A stretch of 64,000 nt of DNA from Octopus vulgaris (taxonomy: Eukaryota). The translations under genes and the position numbers were made by a program. Positions 40,774 to 53,884 of the stretch are shown one piece after another. Numbering within the stretch: position 1 is the first letter of the stretch; each line of letters starts with the position of its first letter. The stretch spans positions 17,236,001 to 17,300,000 of the forward strand of contig OX597843.1 of the NCBI GenBank assembly GCA_951406725.2, written 5' to 3'. The notes below the pieces were generated by a model. It did not search any database. It was not told the DNA's origin and saw nothing but the letters and a program-made list of their open reading frames with translations.

Positions 40774-43700
40774 TGATGATGATAATGATAATAATATTAA
40801 TAATGATAATGATAATAATAATAATAGTAATAATAATATTAATAATGATAATAATAATAATATATTCACAGACATGACAGAGTTGGGACCTACATACACT
40901 GGAAGCTATGCCAACATTATGGAATAACAACAGAAAAAAGATGGTATAGGCACACACCAGAAAAGGTCACAGAAAACAAGAAAGCAACCATACTCTGGGA
41001 TATGCCAATACACACAGATAGAGAAATCAAGCCAATGTTTGCTGTGTCTATGTTTCTACATCCGTTGCGATGTGATAAACATTTAAAAATACAAAACGAA
41101 TTCCGTCATCATTCACAGTCTCTTTCACTTTCACTCTCTCTCTTTCATTTTTTCTTTCTCTCTTTCTTTCTCTCTTATGTCCTCTCTGAAACATTTCAAA
41201 ACACAAAACGAAGGCTGTCATCACTCACTGTCTCTTCCATTCTCTCTCACTCTCTTTCTTTCTCTTTTAGTTTCTCTGAAACATTTAAAAGCACAAAACG
41301 AACGCCGTCACCACTGACGTCTCTTTCACTCTCTCTCTTTCTCTCTCACTCCCTCCCTTTCCTACTCTCTCACACTCTCACTCCCTCCCTTTCCTACTCT
41401 CTCACACTCTCACTCCCTCCCTTTCCTACTCTCTCTCGCTTTGCCACTTCAAAGAAGTGTGATGCACACAACAGGTACATACAAAAACAAAAAGTTAGCG
41501 TATCAATATTATTGAAAATAACAACAACATCAACAATAAATAAGGCACTCACCAATCAGCAACTTTGCTTGCAGAGGTGTGTTAGGAGGCAGCACCATTT
41601 TGTGTTGAGTTATAGCATGGAATACTGGATCAGGTAGACAGAGGGTGACACCTGTACGAGATGTCTTCATGGAAATGTCAGTAATGGCTGGTAAGAAGAG
41701 ACACAAAAACACAGAGATATAGGGTGTAAAGCAACAACATGTGGGTGGATGTATTAGTGTTTGATGTGTCTCGAAAGCAAGCTGACAGAAATTTCTAAAA
41801 AACTTTGTTATTAATGATATTTTTTAGGCATATTTGGCATTCAAATGTTTTTCTTTTGCCCTTGTTTATAAGTTGTTTATAAATTTAACCTTTAAAGGTA
41901 TTTTTATAATATGCTGGCCATTGATAAAATTTTTTCGAAAATTTTATCCTATATTAGATGTAAATTTTCGGTTGAAGCCTTGGCTGCTATTTCTAGTGGG
42001 TTGAACGGCCTATTATGGCCGTTCCTAAATTTTGCTGTTGAATTTATTAATGGTCTCTGACTATTTACTTTTTTCCCACTAGGCCGCTGGTGGCAAATAA
42101 TTTCTGCTGAATTTTTTGCCACCATATATTGATTAATTATGAATTTTCTGTTTAATTCCGAAATGGAATCGGCAGCTTATATTTGCTGCCGATAAATTTG
42201 GCGCAAGTACGATGATTTGAAAATTTTAGGTCAGATATAGCCAAGACAGTAGTGGTGCTGCCTCGTGAAAATATCTCTCCCGTCTGGCTTACCTTACTGA
42301 TGAATTTATTGGCCTATGGAAGATTAGCTTGATTTAATTTAATCAAGTTGATTTAGCATTAAAAAATAGACGAAACGATGCATTGTATAAGGTATTACAG
42401 GGTAAATGTTTTTTTAATTTTCTGGTTTACGGAATTAATATTGTTTTGCGGTTGAAGCCTTGGCTGCTTTTTCTAGTGGATTGAACGGCCTATTATGGCC
42501 GTTCCTAAATTTTGCTGTTGCATATATATATATATATATATAAAGAAGCCCGTCGTATATATGTATATATATATATATATATATGTATGTGTATATATTT
42601 GTGTGCCTGTGTTTGTCCCCCCGACATCGCTTGACAACCGACGCTGGTGTGTTTACATCCCCGTAACTTAGCGGTTCGGCAAAAGAGACCGAGAGAATAA
42701 GTACTAGGCTTACAAAGAATAAGCCCTGCGGTCGAGTTGCTCGACTAAAGGCGGTGCTCCAGCATGGCCACAGTCAAATGACTGAAACAAGTAAAAGAGT
42801 AAAGGGTATATATGTATATGTGTGTCTTTATTTTCTGAGCAATACCATCATTGGTTATAGATGTTCGATGGACCAATTAAAGGTTCACCGAATGTCTGGT
42901 GGTGAGGAGTATGACAAGGGGATGTAGGGGGGTTATTGTAATCTAGGTGCAGTAGATACAACCATTTATTTTTGTTTGACGCACTGCTAAAATAAAAATT
43001 TTCTCAATGCATAGGTGTAGGAGTGGCTGTGTGGTAAGTAGCTTGCTTACCAACCACATGGTTCCAAGTTCAGTCCCACTGCGTGACACCTTAGGCAAGT
43101 GTCTTCTACTATAGCCTCGGGCCGACCAAAGCCTTGTGAGTGGATTTGGTAGGCGAAAACTGAAAGAAGCCCATCTTGTATGTATGTGTGTGTGTGTGTG
43201 TGTATGTGTGTGTATGTTTGTGTGTTTGTATTTGTCCCCCCAACATCGCTTGACAACCGATGCTGGTGTGTTTACGTCCCCGTAACTTAGCGGTTCGGCA
43301 AAAAAGACCGATAGAATAAGTACTAGGCTTGCAAAGAATTACTCTTGGGGTCGATTTGCTCAACTAAAAGTGGTGCTCCAGCATGGCCGCAGTCAAATGA
43401 CTGAAACAAGTAAAAGAGTAAAAGAGTAAAGAGTAATGCTATGTATATCTTTTGCTGATATATGAAGGTGCATGTCTATGTGTTTAGAGTGTCGGGTTTG
43501 CAATCATGAGGTTGTGAGTAGGTGCATGTCTATGTGTTTAGAGTGTCGGGTTTGCAATCATGAGGTTGTGAGTTCAATTCCAGGATCAGGTTGTGTGTTG
43601 CGTTCTTGAGCAAGACACTTTATTTCATGTTACTCCGGTTCACTCATCAGTAGAAAATGAGTGCGACACCACTAGTGCCAAGTTGTACCAACCTTTGCTT

Positions 43701-46700
43701 TTCCTATGGATAACATCGGTGACATGGACAGGGGAAGCTGGTATGCATGGGAGACAGCTGGTCTTCCATGAACTACCCTGCCCAGACTTGTGCCTTGAAC
43801 GGGTTGCCCATCATTGCAATATATGTCTTCATTACTGTGTTGGAGTCTGTGATTTTGACCTTACATACAAGACCTTACATATCAGACAGCTATTATTTAG
43901 AGGACACCAGTTCAGAGATCTACAATTACAATGTCTTTCTGGAGTATTCTTGGAGTTATTTTTATTGTGATTGAACATTATCAATTTCATATTGAGGAGG
44001 CAACTATAGCTAACTTTAACAGTGTTGCTATTGAAGATATTGTAGTATTTGTGTGAGTGTGGGAATATCCCAAACCACTAAACCACATGCTTTCACACAG
44101 ATGGCTATTTAACAGAAAATAAACATTACTTACCTCCAGTTTCCAGTGGTGCTTGAGTGCTTGACTGAGTTGGGAAACTGTACTGCACAAAGCAATCTGC
44201 TTCTCCATAGACCATTTCTTCTAAATGTTGAAGGTTATTTATGTCTTCCACAACCACTTCAAATACATGTTCTAAAAAACCGAATAAATGTGTTTTTAAA
44301 AAATGTCTGGTTTCTTTTTGGACAGACTTTGTACAATGTTGTATGAGATAACAGGGAGTAAAAATAAGCAATCTAGAAAACAAACTGGAGTAAGAGAGGC
44401 TGAGTAAGGGAGAAAACAAATTGAAGAGAGGCTGGGTAAGGGAGAAAACAAATTGGAGTAAGAGAGGCTGAGTAAGGGAGAAAACAAATTGGAGTAAGAG
44501 AGGCTGAGTAAGGGAGAAAACAAACTGGAGTAAGAGAGGCTGAGTAAGGGAGAAAACAAATTGGAGTAAGAGAGGCTGAGTAAGGGAGAAAACAAATTGG
44601 AGTAAGAGAGGCTGAGTAAGGTAGAAAACAAACTGGAGTAAGAGAGGCTGAGTAAGGGAGAAAATAAAATGGAGTAAGAGAGGCTGAGTAAGGGAGAAAA
44701 TAAATTGAAGAGAGACTGAGTAAGGGATAAAATAAATTGGAGTAAGAGAGGCTGAGTAAGGGAGAAAACAAATTGGAGTAAGAGAGGCTGAGTAAGGGAG
44801 AAAACAAATTGGAGTAAGAGAGGCTGAGTAAGGGAGAAAACAAACTGGAGTAAGAGAGGCTGAGTAAGGGAGAAAACAAATTGGAGTAAGAGAGGCTGAG
44901 TAAGGGAGAAAATAAATTGGAGTAAGAGAGGCTGAGTAAGGGAGAAAATAAATTGAAGAGAGGCTGAGTAAGGGAGAAAACAAATTGGAGTAAGAGAGGC
45001 TGAGTAAGGGAGAAAACAAATTGGAGTAAGAGAGGCTGAGTAAGGGAGAAAACAAATTGGAGTAAGAGAGGCTGAGTAAGGGAGAAAACAAACTGGAGTA
45101 AGAGTAAGGAGAAAACAAATTGGAGTAAGAGAGGCTGAGTAAGGGAGAAAACAAATTGAAGAGAGGCTGGGTAAGGTAGAAAACAAATTGGAGTAAGAAA
45201 GGCTGAGTAAGGGAGAAAACAAATAGGGGTAAGAGAGGCTGAGTAAGGGAGAAAACAAATTGGAGTAAGAGAGGCTGAGTAAGGGAGAAAACAAACTGGA
45301 GTAAGAGAGGCTGAGTAAGGGAGAAAACAAATTGGAGTAAGAGAGGCTGAGTAAGGGAGAAAATAAATTGGAGTAAGAGAGGCTGAGTAAGGGAGAAAAC
45401 AAATTGGAGTAAGAGAGGCTGAGTAAGGGAGAAAACAAATTGGAGTAAGAGAGGCTGAGTAAGGGAGAAAACAAATTGGAGTAAGAGAGGCTGAGTAAGG
45501 GAGAAAACAAACTGGAGTAAGAGAGGCTGAGTAAGGGAGAAAACAAATTGGAGTAAGAGAGGCTGAGTAAGGGAGAAAACAAATTGAAGAGAGGCTGGGT
45601 AAGGGAGAAAACAAATTGGAGTAAGAGAGGCTGAGTAAGGGAGAAAACAAATTGGAGTAAGAGAGGCTGAGCAAGGGAGAAAACAAATTGGAGTAAGAGA
45701 GGCTGAGTAAGGGAGAAAACAAATTGGAGTAAGAGAGGCTGAGTAAGGTAGAAAACAAACTGGAGTAAGAGAGGCTGAGTAAGGGAGAAAATAAAATGGA
45801 GTAAGAGAGGCTGAGTAAGGGATAAAATAAATTGAAGAGAGGCTGAGTAAGGGAGAAAACAAATTGGAGTAAGAGAGGCTGAGTAAGGGAGAAAACAAAT
45901 TGGAGTAAGAGAGGCTGAGTAAGGGAGAAAACAAATTGGAGTAAGAGAGGCTGAGTAAGGGAGAAAACAAATTGGAGTAAGAGAGGCTGAGTAAGGGAGA
46001 AAACAAACTGGAGTAAGAGAGGCTGAGTAAGGGAGAAAACAAATTGGAGTAAGTGAGGCTGAGTAAGGGAGAAAACAAATTGGAGTAAGAGAGGCTGAGT
46101 AAGGGAGAAAACAAATTGAAGAGAGGCTGAGTAAGGGAGAAAACAAATTGGAGTAAGAGAGGCTGAGTAAGGGAGAAAACAAACTGGAGTAAGAGAAGCT
46201 GAGTAAGGGAGAAAACAAATTGGAGTAAGAGAGGCTGAGTAAGGGAGAAAACAAATTGGAGTAAGAGAGGCTGAGTAAGGGAGAAAACAAATTGGAGTAA
46301 GAGAGGCTGAGTAAAGGAGAAAACAAATTGGAGTAAGAGAGGCTGAGTAAGGGAGAAAACAAATTGGAGTAAGAGAGAAAACAAATTGGAGTAAGAGAGG
46401 CTGAGTAAGGGAGAAAACAAATTGGAGTAAGAGAGGCTGAGTAAGGGAGAAAATAAATTGGAGTAAGAGAGGCTGAGTAAGGGAGAAAACAAATTGGAGT
46501 AAGAGAGGCTGAGTAAGGGAGAAAACAAATTGGAGTAAGAGGGGCTGAGTAAGGGAGTAAACAAATTGGAGTAAGAGAGGCTGAGTAAGGGAGAAAACAA
46601 ATTGGAGTAAGAGAGGCTGAGTAAGGGAGAAAACAAATTGGAGTAAGAGAGGCTGAGTAAGGGAGTAAACAAATTGGAGTAAGAGAGGCTGAGTAAGGGA

Positions 46701-48532
46701 GAAAAGTAGTCGTAGGATATGCTGTATATAACCGGCACTCTGTCATTTATGATGATGAGGGTTCCAGTTGATCCGATCAATGGAATGGCCAGCTTGTGAA
46801 ATTAACGTGCATGTGACCGGGCACTCCACAAACACACGTACCCTCAACGTAGTTCTCAGGGAGATTCAGCATGACACAAGTGTGACGAGACTGGCCCTTT
46901 GAAATACAGGTTCTATTCGTTTTTGCCAGTCGAGTGGAGTGGAGCAACTTGAAATAAAGTGTCTTGCTCAAGAACACAACACCTCGCCAGGAACTGAACT
47001 CACGACTTAGCGATTGTGAGTTGAATGCCCCTAACCACTAAGCCACACACATTCACCATGTTGTGTATATGGAATATAAAATTATAGTATTAACATCCTA
47101 ATATAGAAGATGTCAAAGGTAACATGATTTAAGTATTTCGTCTGCCGTTACGTTCTGAGTTCAAATTCTGCCGAGGTCGACTTTGCCTTTCGGGGTCGAT
47201 AAATTATGTACCAGTTACGCACTGGGGTCGATATAATCGACTTAATCCGTTTGTCTGTCCTTGTTAGTCCCCTCTGTGTGTAGCCCCTTGTGGGTAGTAA
47301 AGAAATAGGTAACATGATTTAAGTAGCTACTATAATTAGTTGCTATAGCTACTATAATTATAGCTACTATAATTAGCTACTATAATTAGCTACTATAGCT
47401 ACTATAATTAGCTACTATAATTGCAGCTACTATAATTAGGTACTATAGCTACTATAATTAGCTACTATATCTACTATAATAATAGATTACTATAATAGCT
47501 ACTATAATTATAGATTTTATAGGTGAAGATATAGCGGTGTGGTTAAGAAACTCACTTTGCAAACATGTGGTTTCTGGTTCGGTCCTACTACATGGTACTT
47601 TAGGAAAATAACTTCTCCTATAAGACCAAAGATTTGTGAGTGAATTTAGTAGGTGGAAATTGTGTGGAAGCCTGTCTTATGTGGTTATATCTATACATGT
47701 GTGTTCGTGTTTATGTTTGTTCCAACCACCACAGCTTGACAACCGGTGTCGATTTGTTTACATCCCCATGACTTAGTGGTTCAGCAAAAGAGACCAACGG
47801 AACAAGTACCAGATTAAAAGTAAGTACTGGGGCAAATTTGTTTAACTAGAAATTCAAGGGGGTGCTCCAGCATGGCCACAGTCCAATGACTGAAACAAGT
47901 GAAAGATAAAAGAAGATAACTATAGAGTAAAAAAATCACCAAAACTTACCAATATAGTCTTTACAAATACCTTCATCGGTGGTTGTTGAGGAGCTGGTGT
48001 TTCTAGCAAAGAAGATAATAGTCAAAGTGATTTGTCATTCTGATATGTTATAATCATCAACATCATAGCAACCAGAGTATTAACTACACACACACACAAA
48101 CATATATATATACACACACACACATCACAGAATTGTGCAGGCCATTGCACACCACTGGGCACAATGCACTTTCAAATTTGTGTTGACTGCACCATTCTTT
48201 TCCCCATCTTGGCCCAAACTGCTCGACCAATTCGTCTTCCCGTCATTGTGCAGGCCTCTCAAGAGGCCTTTTCTGATCTTTTGGACACCACTTGGTAACT
48301 GCACAGGTCCACCTGGTTGTCTATGAAACTTGTGACATAATTGGCCCAGCAGAGCTTGTGTTTTCAGAACTCTTTGCGATCACATCATTCATTCTGCTCC
48401 ATTCTTGAATTATCTCATTTCGAATTCCAGGTTCAGTCCCACTGTGTGGCAGATGGGGCAAGTGTCTTCTACTAAAGATTTGGGCTGCTCAAAGCCTTGT
48501 GAGTGGAATTGGTAATGAAAAGTGAAAGAAGC

Positions 48533-48575
<43 letters not shown>

Positions 48576-51500
48576 TCATTGTTTAACGTCCGGTTTCCAT
48601 GCTGGCATGGGTTGGACTGTTTGACTGAGGACTGGCGAACCAGATGGTTGCACCAGGCTCCAATCTGATCTGGCAGAGTTTCTACAGCTGGATGCCCTTC
48701 CTAATGCCAACCACTCTGAGAGTGTAGTGGGTGCTTTTACATGCCGCCGGCACGAGGGCCAGTCAGGCGGTACTGGCAACATCTATGCTCAAATGGTGTT
48801 TTTACGTGTCACCTGCACAGGAGCCAGTCTAGGGGCACTGGCAACGCCCTCACTCGAAAGTTATTTTTCACATACCACCGGCACAGAGGCCAGTCGATGC
48901 GACACTGGTATCGATCACGCTCGAATGGTGCTTTTGATGTGCCACCAGCATGGGGGCCAGTCAGCAGCCCTGGCAATGATCACGCTCGGATGGTGCTCTT
49001 AGTGCTCCACTAGCACAGATTCCAGTCAGGTGGTGCTGTCATCGAATTTGATTTTGATTTCACTTGCCTCAACAGGTCTTCGCAAGCAGAGTTTAGTGTC
49101 CAATGAGGGAAAGGCATGCATAAGTGGGCTATTTCGCCCCTGGCATAGTCCATGAGATTATGGTCTCACTTGGCTTGCCGGGTCTTCTCAAGCACAGCAT
49201 ATTTCCAAAAGTCTCGGTCTCTAGTCACTTCCATGGTAAAGCCTAAAGTTAGAAGGTCGTGATTCACCACTTCATCCCAGGTCTTCCTGGGTCTACTCCT
49301 TCCACAGTTTCACAACCGCTAGGGTTTGACACTTTTTCACACAGCTATCCTCATCCATTCTCACCACATGACCATACCAGCGCAGTCATCTCTCTTGCAC
49401 ACCACATCTGATGCTTCTTAGGTCCAACTTTTCTCTCAAGGCACTTACACTCTGTCAAGTATGTACACTGACATTACACATCCATCGGATCATACTGGCT
49501 TCATTCCTTGCGAGCTTACACATGTCCTCAGTAGTCTCATACCTTAGGAATGAGAACTCAGGTTTGAAATTTCCCCAAGACACCTGATGAAGGCAGGAGG
49601 GTATATCAGCAACAAAGATGAGGACAAACATCCTTCAAATGTAAATAATAAAAATGATGCAAAATAAAAATAAAAAACAAAAAGACACACTTACATCAGA
49701 GATTGGTGAAGATTGGGGAATTGTTGGCGCAAGAGGGACGAGCGTCTTTCAATTGTGACTTGCTGTAGCGTGGACACCTGGTTACATGTAAATTACACAG
49801 TCAGACAGGAATAAGTAATCGTAATGGTTTCAAATTTTGGCACAGGGCCAAGGCTAGTAATTTTGAGGGGAGGGGGATGAATAAATTACATTGACTCCAG
49901 CGGCGAGCTGGCAGAAATGTTAGCACGCCGGGCAAAATGCGTAGCCGTATTTCGTCTGCCGTTGCGTTCTGAGTTCAAATTCCGCCGAGGTCGGCTTTGC
50001 CTTTCATCCTTTCGGGGTCGATTATATAAGTACCAGTTACGCACTGGGGTCGATTTAATCGACTTAATCCGTTTGTCCTCTCTGTGTTTAGCCTCTGGTG
50101 GGTAGTAAAGAAATAGGTATTTCGTCTGCCACTACGTTCTGAGTTCAAATTCCGCTGAGGTCAACTTTGCCTTTCATCCTTTCGGGGTCGATTAAATAAG
50201 TACCAGTTACACACTGGGGTCGATATAATCGACTTAATCCGTTTGTCTGTCCTTGTTTGTCCTCTCTGTGTTTAGCCCCTTGTGGGTAGTAAAGAAATAA
50301 GTATTTCATCTGGTACTCGTTTTATTGACCTTGAAACAATAAAAGATAAGGTTGACCTCGGTGGAATTTGAACTCAGAATGTAAAAACAGATGAAATACT
50401 GGTAAGCATTTTGCCTGGTATGCTAACCATTCTGCCAGCTGACTACCATCATAACATACTGAGCAGAATAAATGATAAAATATGTAAAATCAACAAAAAA
50501 AAAACCAAGAAATGTTGTCAAATTTACCTGCTCTATAGATCCCATCGCCAATAACACCTTCAGCTGTCCATGTTGGTAGTTGGTGAGTGGGTCCACAATA
50601 GGCATATAGCCATCATGGGCTACAATCGGGTACTGTGGAGAGAGGAAATATATAAAAGAGACATAGGTGAAACAAAATATATTTTGTTGAACCAATGATC
50701 ATGGATTAACTGTCTATATAAAATGTGTGTGTGTGTGTGTGGTTGAAATTTACAAAAAACAAAAGACAAAGATAGGTGAACGAACAACAAGCAGGTGTAT
50801 CAGTTTGACACTCAGGGAGAATGGAAAAGTCTTTGACGTTTCGAGCCTATGCTCTTTGACAGAAAGAGATGAGTGGGAAAAAAATGGAGAGAGAGAGAGA
50901 GAAAAACAGTCGTTATTGAAAATGTGCTTTCTTGCAGCTCTAAGGGTTTTTAACTCTTATTTCTAGCAATATAGGTACTACTCAGCACACTCAGTAACAA
51001 TTAGTGACAAGTGAAAATTTCCTTCTCGGTTTTAAATTGTGTATACCTGCCTTCGTTGTTATATATAATATATATATATATATATATATCATCGTTTAGC
51101 ATCCGCTTTCCATGCTAGCATGGGTTGGACGGTTCAACTGGTGTCTGGGAAGCCCGAAGGCTGCGCCAGGCCCAGTCTGATCTGGCAGTGTTTCTACGGC
51201 TGGATGCCCTTCATAACGCCAATCACTCCGTGAGTGTAGTGGGTGCTTTTTATGTGCCACCGGCACAGGTGCCAAACGAGGCTAGCAAACGGCCACGATC
51301 GGATGGTGGTTTTTACATGCCACAGGCACGGGGGCCAGTCGAGGCAATGCTGGCAACAGCCACATTCAGATGGTGCTTTTTACGTGCCACCGGCATGGGG
51401 GCCAGACGAGGCTGGCAAACGGCCACGATCGGATGGTGCTTTTTACGTGCCACCGGCACAGGGGCCAGGCCAGGCTGGCAACGGCCACAATTGGATGGTG

Positions 51501-53231
51501 CATTTTACGTGCCACCGGCACGGAGGCCGGTCAGGGCGGTGCTGGCAACGGCCACATTCGGATGGTTCTCTAACGTACCATCGGCACTGGTATCACAGCT
51601 ACAATTTCCACTTATGTTGATCGATTTCGATTTTGAAATGAAAATCAAAATCGAAATCGATCAACATCAGTGGAAATTGTAGCTGTGATACCATAAATGA
51701 TTAGGTAAATATATTCAATAAGAATATTATATACTGAATTTATATTAAGTGCTCCATTGTATAAAAAAATATTAATACTATTAAAGGATTTATATATTTA
51801 ATATGAGCGACATATACATATATTTTTTAATAATATATTATTATTATTATTAATAGAAATATTAAAATTACTAAGTCTCTCTAAAGGAGATTACGGCAGC
51901 GTTACTGGAAATTAATAGTTATCGCCATACTTATATGGCAGTCTTATAAATATATGACTAAAGCTGTCGCTGATTAGCTCCAAGAGGCCACCGCCTCAAG
52001 CTAGCTATTTGACACACAACCTGCGTCCATTATAAACCTTTGAACAGGGAGGTCAGCCGCTTCATCCTGCTAGTCAGACAGCTGCAGACATGTTTCAGGG
52101 TATTTGCCCTTTATCAATGCAGCGTAGTCAGACCCAGCAGGTGTCGCTACTGACTGTCTCTGTTCGAAGAATCTATTTACCTAGTTTCAGTGGAATACAT
52201 CCACTTGTTTTCAATAATAGAAATATTAAAATTACTAAGTCTCTCTACGCTGCATTGATAAAGGGCAAATACCCTGAAACATGTCTGCAGCTGTCTGACT
52301 AGCAGGATGAAGCGGCTGACCTCCCCTGTTCAAAGGTTTATAATGGACGCAGGTTGTGAGTCAAATAGCTAGCTTGAGGCGGTGGCCTCTTGGAGCTAAT
52401 CAGCGACAGCTTTAGTCTTATAATTTATAAGACTGCCATATAAGTATGGCGATAACTATTAATTATTATTAATATAAGGAAATCAATACCGAATTCTTCA
52501 CAAAGATATACCTATATGAAAGACCTTATGTATTAAAAATATATATAAATAAATAAATATAAAAATATAAATATAATGTATAAAATAAATTTGAAAGTTT
52601 AAAAGTTTTGAATTGAGTTTTTAAGCATCTTATGATCGTTTCGCAGAAGTGCTGTCCCTATAATGAAATCCTATATTGATAAGCATTTATAGACAACCCT
52701 TCTGCTCTTCAGAGATATAAAATATAAATATTGTATAATATATCGAATGATATTTTTAAAAATTTGGATTAAAATTGTAAAATACACACACACACAGATA
52801 TATACACATTGAGAATTTGGGGAGATTTCTGAAGAAATGAAATAAAAATTAAAAAAACAGTGATGTAAAGTATAAACAACTTACTGGAGACTTCAGCAAT
52901 GTCGTCACAATTCTTTGGTTACGAAGCGAGAGGTAGAATTGATGGAGGCTCAGCTTCACCACACCAATTAACTGCCATATATAATAATAATAATAATAAG
53001 AATAATAATAATAATAATAATAATCATCATCATCATCATCATCGTTTAGCATCCGCTTTCCATGCTAGCATGGGTTGGACGGTTCAACTGGGGTCTGGGA
53101 AGCCAGGAGGCTGCACCAGGCCCAGTCTGATCTGGCAATGTTTCTACGATCAAACTGGGCCTGGTGCAGCCTTCTGGCTTCCCAGACCCCAGTTAATAAT
53201 AATAATAATAATAATAACAATAACGATAATG

Positions 53232-53264
<33 letters not shown>

Positions 53265-53846
53265 GTAATAATAATAACAATAATAATAATAATAGTCCTG
53301 ATGCAGTACCAGGCAGTGGCTCTCATGGTTTCTGATCTTAACTGACTGGAAGTGTTATCATGTACATTGTTTTGTCTTGGTATAAAAGATGGGCTACAGC
53401 AAATATTCTGCTCAATACCAGAGATTTGCTTGTCAGTTGTTTGACCGTAACCAGTTGAGCATGTCCCTCAGTGGCTGATGATATGTGCATCTCTGATCAC
53501 GAGCAGAAGTAGTGGGGGAGCATCATAGCCATGTGTTAAGAGGGATTCTTTGGGGTTTGAATAATTCACCTTTCGAAACATGGGTGTTTCATTCATCATC
53601 CTAAAGCAACCCTTATTCAGGGACCTTTTGAGCAGGATGGGCTACTCGACCTGAAGAAAATTCTAACTGGGCCCCACCTGCAAGGTCATGTGCTGTTTAT
53701 CATATGAGATCACCATGTCGCGCACATATGGTTGTGATGCATGTGCCTGGTGTACCCTTATCAGACAGGTAGTCACGATGGGTATACTGGGCTTTGTAAA
53801 TTTGTACCCCAGTGTCACTTTGATGGCATGCACTGCTCTCTCACTC

Positions 53847-53884
<38 letters not shown>

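Noticed and set aside
44375-46705. CRISPR-like 36-bp repeats
   Set aside because: No unique spacers, no cas genes, eukaryotic intron.
44126-46780. 884-aa Leu/Ser-rich ORF
   Set aside because: Translation of the 36-bp minisatellite; only 44134-44271 is a supported exon.
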